Shown: piece after piece, positions 42,248-51,327 of the stretch
How the letters are laid out: each line of letters opens with the position of its first letter
Numbering within the stretch: position 1 is the first letter of the stretch
Source: Cyanobacteria bacterium P01_D01_bin.156
GTDB lineage: Bacteria > Cyanobacteriota > Cyanobacteriia > Phormidesmidales > Phormidesmidaceae
Assembly (NCBI GenBank): GCA_039024555.1
Contig: JBCCQQ010000015.1
Span: 1-64,000 of the forward strand
Direction: 5' to 3'
DNA length: 64,000 bases
Notes under the pieces: generated by a model
What the model saw: only the letters and a program-made list of their open reading frames with translations
Databases searched by the model: none
What the model was told of the DNA's origin: nothing
Made by a program: the position numbers and the translations under genes

Positions 42248-44587
42248 CTACGCGTCTGTTTGGACCTTAAACTGATCGACTGCAGATTCTAGTTCACGGG
42301 CAACAGCCACCGTATTTTGCAGGGTACCTGCAACCTGACGTGATGAATCTGACGTACGCTTAGATGCTTCTGTAATCTGCTGCATCAGTTGGGTAACCGT
42401 TTGAGAAGTCTCAGCCTGGGATACAGTAGCCTTAGAAATTGACTGTAGAAGTAGATCAATTTGTTGGGATACTTCTACAATTTGCCCTAGTCCCTGCTTA
42501 GTTTCCTGTACTAGTTGTGTACCTTCAACTACCTGGCTTGTACCTCGTTCCATAGCTTCAACCACGTCCCGAGTACCCATCTGGATGTTCTTTACAATCT
42601 GCTCAATTTCTTTAGTTGCTGCTGCTGACTGCTCCGCTAGCTGGCCAACTTCACTCGCAACCACGGCAAAGCCCTGACCCTCTTCCCCAGCATGGGCTGC
42701 CTCAATACTGGCATTAACGGCTAGTAAGTTAGTTTTCATCGCAATCTCATTAATCAGAGAGACTACCTGAGAAATCTGCTGGGAAGCTTCACCTAGTTGT
42801 TTTACCTTTTTCCCAGTTTCAGCTACGGTAGACCGCAGGTCCAGAATACTTTCTACCGTGCGATCCATTGCACTTCCACTATTTTGGGCTGCATTGGAAG
42901 CTAGCTGGGCAACTTCTGCTGCCTGACGAGCGTTACTGGCCACTTCCTGAATCGAGTGGGACATTTGCTCAACAGAATTTAGCGTATTGGTAATTTCATC
43001 CATTTGCGCCAGCGCCTCATCTGCCAGCTGTTGAATGGCACCTTCACTCTGGTCAATGGACGTATTTACCTGTCCAGTAGCTTGTTTTACCTGAACAACG
43101 ATTGAGCGCAAGTTCTCAATAATAGAGTTAAATACGTCACCCAGAATGCCAATCTCTCCAGCCGTTAGCTCTGTACGTACCGTGAGGTTACCATTGGAGG
43201 CTTCTTCCATCTCATTCAGTAGTTGAACAAGTTCACGCTGGAGAACTTCACTCCGCTGCCGTTCTTCCTCTGCACGTTCCATCTGGGCTTGGGAGGTAAT
43301 TTGTTGTTGTACAGATTCTTCCTGCTTAATCAGCAGGGTTTGGATTTGGCCAGCCATTACGTTAATGTTGGCCCCAAGCTGAGCAATTTCATCTTCACCT
43401 TGGGTGTTAATGCGGGCGGCAAAATCCCCTTGCCCCAGACGTCGTACTGACTGAGTAATCTGTAAAAGTGGTCGTGTTGCCCGGGTGGCGATCAAGGTAG
43501 CCACCAGCGCCACCAGTAGGGCAGTAACACCAGTACCAATCAGTACTGTAGTTAATAACTGCCGCGATGCTAAAAACGCTGTGGACGTATCGATTAAACT
43601 AACTGCACTCCAGCTAAGTTGTGGATCATCGGGGTTTGAGATGATTGGGGCATACGCTGTAAGATAGCCCCCTTCGCCAACATTCAGTACTGTATTTTGA
43701 GGTTCTCTATCTTCTAACCAGGGAACTAAATTAGGCAGTTCGGGTAGGATAGGGTTGATCTCTTCTCCCTCCTCATTGTTGGTCAAAAAGATCTGATTAT
43801 TCGCATCAATTAGTCCTACTTCAGTATTTTCAGGAGCAAATTCACTCACACGACGTTTCAGTTCCTGAACGTCCAATCTTACGCGAACGATGTAGACCAT
43901 TTCACCCGTTTCTTTATCAAAAATAGGTGCGGCTCCCACCAATACAAAGTCTAGCCTACCGGCAAAAGGCGCTCTAGGCTGTACCCAGGTAATTTGCTGG
44001 GTCTCGGTTACATTTAGAAACCAGTCGTTCTGACTAACATCTGCTTTAATCGCATCCGGACTTTTGACAGCATAGGTTTTTCCTGTTAAATCCACGACGG
44101 CAATGTCATCATAGATGGGGGATGATTCATCTAGCTCTCGAAGAAACGTATTCCGTTCTTCTGTTGTCATTGCCTCCCGGACTTCAGGATCTGTAAATGT
44201 ATTAAGCTGAGAAAAGGTTTTTAGATCCTGAAAACGGGAATTCATAAATTCAGCAGCAAAGCTAGCAACGTCATTTGTTGTGGTTTGCTCAGCCTGAGCC
44301 GCTTGGGCTCTGACTCGCTGCTCTACAAAGAAGTAACCGACGCCGCCCACACCAATAACTGGCAATACCCCTAGGGATAATGCCAAAGCGAGTACTTTAT
44401 TTCTCAGCTTAAGCCTTTGCCAAAATCCTCCTGAAGAGCTTCGACCAGGAATATTTGATATATACTGATTTTCTGTTGCAGGGCGCAAGGTCTTAGCGCC
44501 ATTAGACTCTAACAGACCTTCAGTTAAACCGTTATTGCTAGGAGGAATATTATTCAACTGAGTTGGAAATTCTGTATTGGGAGCCAT
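42248..44587 (-). CDS. Methyl-accepting chemotaxis protein (periplasmic Cache-like, HAMP, MA)
   Basis: KTNLLAVNASIEAAHAGEEGQGFAVVASEV hairpin tip; two TMs; likely ATG at 44587. Confidence 0.95.
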   Translation of the reverse strand: MAPNTEFPTQLNNIPPSNNGLTEGLLESNGAKTLRPATENQYISNIPGRSSSGGFWQRLKLRNKVLALALSLGVLPVIGVGGVGYFFVEQRVRAQAAQAEQTTTNDVASFAAEFMNSRFQDLKTFSQLNTFTDPEVREAMTTEERNTFLRELDESSPIYDDIAVVDLTGKTYAVKSPDAIKADVSQNDWFLNVTETQQITWVQPRAPFAGRLDFVLVGAAPIFDKETGEMVYIVRVRLDVQELKRRVSEFAPENTEVGLIDANNQIFLTNNEEGEEINPILPELPNLVPWLEDREPQNTVLNVGEGGYLTAYAPIISNPDDPQLSWSAVSLIDTSTAFLASRQLLTTVLIGTGVTALLVALVATLIATRATRPLLQITQSVRRLGQGDFAARINTQGEDEIAQLGANINVMAGQIQTLLIKQEESVQQQITSQAQMERAEEERQRSEVLQRELVQLLNEMEEASNGNLTVRTELTAGEIGILGDVFNSIIENLRSIVVQVKQATGQVNTSIDQSEGAIQQLADEALAQMDEITNTLNSVEQMSHSIQEVASNARQAAEVAQLASNAAQNSGSAMDRTVESILDLRSTVAETGKKVKQLGEASQQISQVVSLINEIAMKTNLLAVNASIEAAHAGEEGQGFAVVASEVGQLAEQSAAATKEIEQIVKNIQMGTRDVVEAMERGTSQVVEGTQLVQETKQGLGQIVEVSQQIDLLLQSISKATVSQAETSQTVTQLMQQITEASKRTSDSSRQVAGTLQNTVAVARELESAVDQFKVQTDA

Positions 44588-44657
44588 GGTAGTAAGTTTT
44601 AGATTAGGAGTGAATAGAAAATAATTTGAGATAGCTGTAAGCGACCAGACTCTTGGG

Positions 44658-45200
44658 CTAGTCGCTCTGTAAAATTGAAGAATGGGCAATGGCTTTGGCA
44701 TCCAAGACCAAAAGCATTTCATCCTGCTGCAGTAAACATCCCTTCAAACAGGGCATAAGGTTCTGAGAAAAACGGCCTCGAGGTTTTTGAATTAAATTGG
44801 CAGAGAAGCGAACAACACCTCTAACTTTAGGCACAATTAGACCTAGAAGAACCTGACTATGAGCAGTTGCCAACAACATGTTTTGTTGGTCCATCACCTG
44901 AGGTACCCGAATAATCACAACGTTATAAGTTCGAGTATTAGCAGGTAGCGGTGTGGAAAGTAACATATGGGCCAAGTCAACTAACCACATGACCCGACTG
45001 CGGCGAGTTGACAATCCCAACACACAGGGAGGCATATTGGGCATCGGCGTAATCTGTTGCGATGGAACAACAATTACTTCCTGAACCTGACTCATCGAAA
45101 ACAGTGCAGGGGTTTGCTCATTTAACTGAAAGTTTAAACACGTTATCCCAGAAACTACTTCTGGATTTTTGAGTCGGTTGGCAAGAGCTGAGACGTTCAT
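44658..45200 (-). CDS. cheW: CheW-like coupling protein
   Basis: QEVI.V....ITPMPNMP.CVLGL..RR..V.W.VDL motif. Confidence 0.9.
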   Translation of the reverse strand: MNVSALANRLKNPEVVSGITCLNFQLNEQTPALFSMSQVQEVIVVPSQQITPMPNMPPCVLGLSTRRSRVMWLVDLAHMLLSTPLPANTRTYNVVIIRVPQVMDQQNMLLATAHSQVLLGLIVPKVRGVVRFSANLIQKPRGRFSQNLMPCLKGCLLQQDEMLLVLDAKAIAHSSILQSD

Positions 45201-45562
45201 TGGCTTAAGCTATAGCGCACAGCATTGACAAGTTGATCTTCTGTAAAGGGTTTTGTGACATACACATTTACCCCTTGTTTCATCGCCCAGAGACGATCAA
45301 TTTCTCCTGATTTAGACGTACAGGCGACAATTGGCACCTTCTGAGTTACCGGGTTTTTCTTCAAATTGCGACACATCTCCAAGCCATTCATTCCAGGCAT
45401 GACAAGATCGGTAACGATGACATTAGGCTGATGCTCAACAGCTTTGCTCAAAGCCTCTTTAGCATCGGTCGCTACAATTACTGTATATCCCCCTTTTCTT
45501 AGATAACCGCTAATCAGTTCCAATTCATTAATAGAGTCATCTACAACCAAAATTTTCGTCAC
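45197..45562 (-). CDS. CheY-like single-domain response regulator
   Basis: VVDD, TDLVMP and TKPF motifs; 4-bp ATGA overlap with cheW. Confidence 0.92.
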   Translation of the reverse strand: MTKILVVDDSINELELISGYLRKGGYTVIVATDAKEALSKAVEHQPNVIVTDLVMPGMNGLEMCRNLKKNPVTQKVPIVACTSKSGEIDRLWAMKQGVNVYVTKPFTEDQLVNAVRYSLSQ

Positions 45563-45669
45563 TTTAAATCACCTCAAATACTCTTCTTCAAATCTTGCTT
45601 AGACAAATAACTCTAAAGAACTTTTAGAGCTAGACAGATCCGTAACAAATGAGTTCCTTTCACATATCC

Positions 45670-46998
45670 TTAGACTAAATTTCTAGATATTGCATCCAAC
45701 AGACTATCTTTATTGAACGGTTTTTCTAAATAGTCTGTGGCTCCCACTAACTTAGCTCTGGTTTTATTGATCAGTCCTTTCTTGCCTGTCACCATTACCA
45801 CGGGAATTTCTTCAAATCCAGGCAAACGCCTTAGCATTCTACATAACTCATAGCCACTAATTGTTGGCATGGTTAAATCTAATAAGATAATATCTGGCTT
45901 AAGCCTCCTCAGCTGAAACGTCGCCTTAATCGGCTCTAAAAACTTAAATACCGAAAAGTTTTCCTCCTCTAAAAAACGTTCAATTTGATCTAGGGTATTA
46001 GGACTATCATCAACACAGGCAACGACAGGACGTGACTTTTGTTGCTGATTTAGAGATACCCTAGGAATAGAGAAAGAACCACCTGAAGAGTCAGGCAGGC
46101 TGTCTTCAGAAAATTTTTCTTGGTCAGCTGGTGAGTCTTCAATGCCAGATAGCCTATCGAAGGGGGGTTCTGGAGCGCGTAAGACAATCGATTGATTATC
46201 AATATAAGGGTACAAAAACTTAGCAATATCAAGAACATCCTGCTGCAAAATTGCAGCAATATGATGTATGCTATGTCCCCGCAAAATAGTTGCTAACTTA
46301 TTCTTGAGTCTTGGGGAAACCGCTCCCGAGTTATGAGTACTAAAGAATGTATCTTGATTAACAATATAGGGACGTTGATGAGAAGACTCAATAACTGGGG
46401 AAAGTAGTTTCCACGTCTTTAATCGTTTTTGAGAGTTTTCGATTACAGTCTTAGGATCAAGTTCACAAAAAACAGGGATTTCAAAAATATCTCGATTAAT
46501 ACGAACTGCTCCACCTGTAAGAGATAGGAATGATTCTATCGTGTCCTGAGTCAACTGCTTGATCAGTTCTTTAGCATGCCAAGTTTCCAGATACTTTTGC
46601 TCTACTAAATAGCAAATAATCTGATATTCAAAGTACTGAATTGATTGAATATTGCCAGACTTTATATTTAATAATTCTGCGGAATTTTCTTCAAGCCACA
46701 TCAATGATTCATGACTGATGAATTTCATCTTTAGCTTCAGCCATGCTAGCGAGTAGGCAAGACTCTTTTCAGAACCAAAAGATGCATAGTTAAGCTTGCC
46801 ATCCTTGAAATATATCCACCAAGATAGCGATTTAGCGTCTACTTCTAAACAACCGCTGCCATAGGTATGTACAAAACTTGCCAGTAACACCAGAGGCTGA
46901 AAGCTTCGGATCGACTTGTTAGTAGTTGTGGTGCGTGTCCTTTGCAAGCTTTTCATAAAATTCATATCTGTACTACCCCCATCAGCCTTAACTGCCAA
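45670..46998 (-). CDS. PatA-family response regulator (PATAN + REC)
   Basis: N-terminal PATAN-like region (SG.L.V....W.IYF.DGKL.YA) and C-terminal REC; start may be the ATG at 46965. Confidence 0.88.
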   Translation of the reverse strand: MAVKADGGSTDMNFMKSLQRTRTTTTNKSIRSFQPLVLLASFVHTYGSGCLEVDAKSLSWWIYFKDGKLNYASFGSEKSLAYSLAWLKLKMKFISHESLMWLEENSAELLNIKSGNIQSIQYFEYQIICYLVEQKYLETWHAKELIKQLTQDTIESFLSLTGGAVRINRDIFEIPVFCELDPKTVIENSQKRLKTWKLLSPVIESSHQRPYIVNQDTFFSTHNSGAVSPRLKNKLATILRGHSIHHIAAILQQDVLDIAKFLYPYIDNQSIVLRAPEPPFDRLSGIEDSPADQEKFSEDSLPDSSGGSFSIPRVSLNQQQKSRPVVACVDDSPNTLDQIERFLEEENFSVFKFLEPIKATFQLRRLKPDIILLDLTMPTISGYELCRMLRRLPGFEEIPVVMVTGKKGLINKTRAKLVGATDYLEKPFNKDSLLDAISRNLV

Positions 46999-48239
46999 TT
47001 GGCAAATACTTTCAGGGCAAAATCAAAACAGAAGCAAATACTATCCGCAATCATGTTGTTTACATGAGGATTCCGAGTTCTAATTTTCAGGAACTTTATA
47101 GTCTTTTTCAGTTAAACCATAGATAGAAAACTAATATAAAAAACTCAAAAATAGTCTAAAAAATCGAAAACCATTGAAAAATCTATTTTTTTGGTTGAGT
47201 AACGATCATTTTTAAGGTTAAACTTCAATTAACGTTGAAATTTTAATGCTGAATATATATCGTTCGAAAAGAATACATGAGGCTTTTAACCTCGATTCAT
47301 CTCGCTATCTACACAAGTATTTTTGAAAAGCCACTTGTATAAAAGCTTACTTGATCACGTAAAGAGCACCGTTGACGTAACAATCTATTCATAGGTGAGA
47401 GCAGTCTCTCCGGTGATATAGATTAGAAAGTTGCCATTTAATTTAGAAACAGTGGCGATGGCCACGATATGGACTTATTGAAATCTTGTCAATTATTTAT
47501 AAATGTTGCCCTACCTCTATTTTGACTAAAAATCTGGGTTTGAAAGACACTAATGCTTTCCTTGGATTAAGGGGTCCACATTTTACTGTTGTCTTCAAAC
47601 TCCTAAATTAATGACACCAGCATTCGCAGGATAACGCATTGAATTGGTAAAGCAGCCCTTCTGCTGGTAGATGTGCCTGTGCTATTGCTAGGGCATCTAC
47701 CAAGATAATAGTTGTTCTACTGATAACACGGTATTACAGGATTTGGCTATTTTCACGGAGACTACAATAGGTTTATGGACACTTCGTACATTTCAGAAAA
47801 TTTATTACCGCGTGCAAAAATCTCCTGATCTTAGATCAGAGAACGTGAATCCTTAATATTCTCCATACTCCTGAAGGAGTGTATCAAAGTTGATTAAAGG
47901 TGTCAGCTGGTATGAGCTTCTTAAAGATTCCTAAGCTTGTGGCTGATCGTAATTTTGTTCGGAAATTTATTTGTATGTTCTATTGTCTTCATAGACGTTA
48001 CACCTGAAACCATGAAATCCGTCTATTGCTGTGTTAATACCAGAAGGGAGTCGTATCATTTAATACAACTCCCTTCTGGTGCTGTAAGTGGTATTTGGTG
48101 TGTGGTTGATAATGGGTGGTTGTTGCTTGATATAACGACCAGCAAATTTTGCTTTTTACAGAAATTTTTCAAAGTACTTTATCAATCAAGTCAATGCTGA
48201 TTCGATTAATAAGGTGCAGATTGGTTTAGGTGAGTTAGT

Positions 48240-48791
48240 TTAATTATCTTTGGCAGCTGCTTTTTGGTGAGATGCTGTTGCCTGTAGTTCCTCAACGACA
48301 TCCCATGCTGCAGCACAGGCCGGTGATGTAGCCCCTTGTTCAGCACAAATTTTGCGGGCCTCTTGACGGGCAACATCAATTTCATCCTCGATAAATAGTC
48401 GCTTAGGCTTTTCAACAAAATCGCTTTTGTTGAGGATGTCTGAAATAGAAATGATACCGAGTAGGCGTCCCTGAACTACAGGAGCACGGCGGATTTTGGT
48501 GTTGGCGAATAACCGAGCTATGTATTCTACACCTAAATCTGGTGGCACAACAATGCAAGGCTTAGTCATAATTTCAAAGATACGCATCTGCTTGGGATCG
48601 TGGCCATAGGCAGCTACTTTGTAGACAATGTCGCTTTCAGTCACCATGCCATAGGGATCATCTTCACTGCGACGTTCAACAATCAGTGCACGTAAGCCTT
48701 TATCTTTCATTAGTTCAACGGCCTCAGCCACAGTCGCTGAACCGCTAATAGTGACCACATTGGCGGTCATAATATCCTTTGCCTGCATCAT
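48240..48791 (-). CDS. CBS-CP12 fusion protein
   Basis: CBS pair followed by C..........CAAAWDVVEELQ, the CP12 core with the N-terminal Cys pair only. Confidence 0.92.
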   Translation of the reverse strand: MMQAKDIMTANVVTISGSATVAEAVELMKDKGLRALIVERRSEDDPYGMVTESDIVYKVAAYGHDPKQMRIFEIMTKPCIVVPPDLGVEYIARLFANTKIRRAPVVQGRLLGIISISDILNKSDFVEKPKRLFIEDEIDVARQEARKICAEQGATSPACAAAWDVVEELQATASHQKAAAKDN

Positions 48792-48968
48792 GATTGTTCT
48801 GTCCTTGTTTCGAATACGCACCGGTAAAAGAGATTCTCAAAATTAGAGAGTCCTTATTCTACTTTGTATGTAGGCTCTTATTATATAGTTTGGTCATGTG
48901 TAGTTTGAGATTGCACCAATCACAAAACTAGGACGATACGAGCTGCCCCCTTTGAGGGGTCGCTCAAC

Positions 48969-49313
48969 CTACACATCGTACTCTCGCTCTTGCAAGACAT
49001 CAGGATTATCCATATAGGCATCGTAGCCATAAAAATCTTTCTTAGGCTTTTCAACAAAATTACTCTTGCGAAGAATATCAGAGATAGAAATCACTTCTAG
49101 CAAACGGCCTTGGACTACAGGGGCACGACGAATTTTAGTACTAGCAAATAGTCGTGCCACATATTCCACACCTAGGTCTGGCGGCACCACTATGCAGGGC
49201 TTCGTCATTATTTCGAAAACACGCATTTGCTTTGGATCGTGACCATAGGCCGCTACCTTATAGACAACATCGCTTTCGGTCACCATCCCATAGGGATCAT
49301 CCTCGTTGGGCAA
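48969..49313 (-). pseudogene. 5'-truncated CBS-domain paralog of the CBS-CP12 gene, without CP12
   Basis: Near-identical to the neighbour from EDDPYGMVTESD to FVEKPK. It lacks the first ~40 aa, and there is an in-frame TAG 9 codons upstream of the TTG. Confidence 0.7.
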
Positions 49314-49591
49314 CTCGCGTAGAAAACTGATTGATGTCTAAAAAGTAACGATCGGCAACAGCACCACAGTGTGGACAGCGAACTTGTTGATGAGAAAGGG
49401 GAATAAATTCTGGCATGGTGCTTTTAACCCATCGCGTTAATTGAGATTATCTTTCTGGTGTAAACAACAGACCACGATGGCGGTTAAGTTTGGTAGGCTA
49501 CTAGAAATCCTTTAACCCCAAACCCGATATGCTGGAGCCAGTGCACCTGTGCCAATATGGCTCTATGCCAACTATTAACTGTGCATTGCCT

Positions 49592-50005
49592 ATGACTACC
49601 GAACCTCAGAAAAACCCTATCTGGAAAAGATTAGAGTCAGGAAGACGTAGTAAAGCTGCCCAGGGCGGCTATGCCGGTTACGGCTCTCCCGCGTTTGGAG
49701 AGAAGTCAGTCAATGGCAACTTGGTTGCTGATGAAAAAGAGCAGCAAATTATTGAACTGATTCGCCGTCACCATAAGTCTGGCAAATCGTTACAGCAAAT
49801 TGCCAACTGGATGAATACCCAAGGTTATAAAACCAAACGAGGTCGAGAATGGCAGCGGATATCAGTCAAACGTGTTTTGGATAGACTCTATGGAAAAACT
49901 CCGAGGGTGACGATTCCTCCTTCTAATAAAACACTCCCTGGATCTAACAAAGAAAATCAGGAACCTAATTCCCTTAAAAAGCTTAATCAGGGGGAGTCTG
50001 AATAG
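49592..50005 (+). CDS. Recombinase-family protein (serine recombinase DNA-binding domain only)
   Basis: GGYAGYGSPAFG...E..II..I......G.SL..IA..MN..GY.TKRG..W....V.R.L; no catalytic resolvase domain; start uncertain (49529/49565/49592). Confidence 0.8.
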   Translation: MTTEPQKNPIWKRLESGRRSKAAQGGYAGYGSPAFGEKSVNGNLVADEKEQQIIELIRRHHKSGKSLQQIANWMNTQGYKTKRGREWQRISVKRVLDRLYGKTPRVTIPPSNKTLPGSNKENQEPNSLKKLNQGESE

Positions 50006-50012
50006 ATTTAAC

Positions 50013-50096
50013 GTTACATCCCTAATATATACCTTATGTTAACTAAAGTCTATATGGATTAGGGATTCATCCACTCCTATTTGTTACATCCCTAAT
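50013..50096. repeat. Direct and inverted repeat triad
   Basis: GTTACATCCCTAAT at 50013-50026 and 50083-50096; inverted ATTAGGGAT at 50058-50066. Confidence 0.85.
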
Positions 50097-51318
50097 GAAT
50101 TCTGATCATGCGTACAATCCAGCTCCTGTGCCCATAGCGCCGATCGAAAATACTGACGATTCTCGAAGCGACATTTCCCGTACCGCTGGCTCTGCAGTCA
50201 GCGATGCATTTCAAACCGTTACTCCTATGGTGGTGGATGCGATTGATCGACAGGTGCTAAGGGTGGATGCGGGCTGGCATTTGAGTCAAGCGATCGCAGC
50301 TATGGGAGCTGTGCGAAGTAACTGTGACTTAAAGGTAGGAGGTAGTCGCAGCCGTCATGCTAGCTGTGCTTTAGTTGTGCAGGGCCAGCGAATCATCGGC
50401 ATCTTTACTGAACGGGACATTGTTCGACTCACGGCCAATGGTGTCGACCTGGGATCCCTCCAAGTTAGAGATGTGATGACATCGCCGGTTAAAACATTGC
50501 AGGAGTCGGCATTCCAGGATATTTTTGCAGTCTTATTTTTATTCCGGCGCTACCGGATTCGCCATTTGCCAATTGTGGATCAGGACAACTGCCCCATCGG
50601 CATCGTGACGCCAGAAAGCATTCGACGGGTGTTACGCCCTGCCAACTTATTAAAAATGCGGCGGGTGGCTGATGTGATGTCAACCAATGTGATCCATGCA
50701 GCGCCTGATGTCTCGGTGATAGAGCTAGCTCGGCAAATGGCTGAGCACCGGGTCAGCTGTGTTGTGATTGTAGAGGCTGATAGTCAGCCCACTAGCGGTC
50801 GCGAGCTCCAGGCATTTGTCCCTGTTGGCATTGTCACTGAACGAGATATTGTGCAGTTTCAAGCACTGGAGTTAAATTTACAAAGACTAACGGCTCGAGA
50901 TGTGATGAGTAGTCCGCTATTTTTGCTCGAGCCCACAGATTCTCTATGGACAGCCCATCAGGAAATGCAGACGCGTCACGTACGGCGGTTAGTGGTCTCT
51001 TGGAACTGGGGAAGCGGTTTGGGTATTGTGACCCAGACAAGTTTGCTGAGGGTGTTTGACCCAATTGAGATGTACGGCATCATTGAAAGTATGCAGCAGA
51101 CGCTGGCTCAGATTAGTGACGGCGCATTGTCACATCAGAATGATCAATCAGTGAGGGGACAAGGTGAATCTGCACAGATAACAGATTGGTTATTTGATAT
51201 AGAAACAACATTACTGCGGCTCTCTGATGAGAACAATTTACCGATAAACAATCGACAACGGCTGGTTCAAGATGCTTTGCGATCGCTCCAAAAAATCCAA
51301 GCTACCCTGAACACGTAA
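50095..51318 (+). CDS. Four-CBS-domain protein
   Basis: Repeated GI(F/V)TERDIV, VM(T/S)SP and IRHLP/VRRLVV motifs. Confidence 0.9.
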   Translation: MNSDHAYNPAPVPIAPIENTDDSRSDISRTAGSAVSDAFQTVTPMVVDAIDRQVLRVDAGWHLSQAIAAMGAVRSNCDLKVGGSRSRHASCALVVQGQRIIGIFTERDIVRLTANGVDLGSLQVRDVMTSPVKTLQESAFQDIFAVLFLFRRYRIRHLPIVDQDNCPIGIVTPESIRRVLRPANLLKMRRVADVMSTNVIHAAPDVSVIELARQMAEHRVSCVVIVEADSQPTSGRELQAFVPVGIVTERDIVQFQALELNLQRLTARDVMSSPLFLLEPTDSLWTAHQEMQTRHVRRLVVSWNWGSGLGIVTQTSLLRVFDPIEMYGIIESMQQTLAQISDGALSHQNDQSVRGQGESAQITDWLFDIETTLLRLSDENNLPINNRQRLVQDALRSLQKIQATLNT

Positions 51319-51327
51319 GGCCGTGAG

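Noticed and set aside
47937..48200. 87-aa ORF in the AT-rich region upstream of patA
   Set aside because: TTG start, no RBS or motif; likely spurious, as are 4200-4421, 22837-23052, 26325-26513 and 32925-33110.
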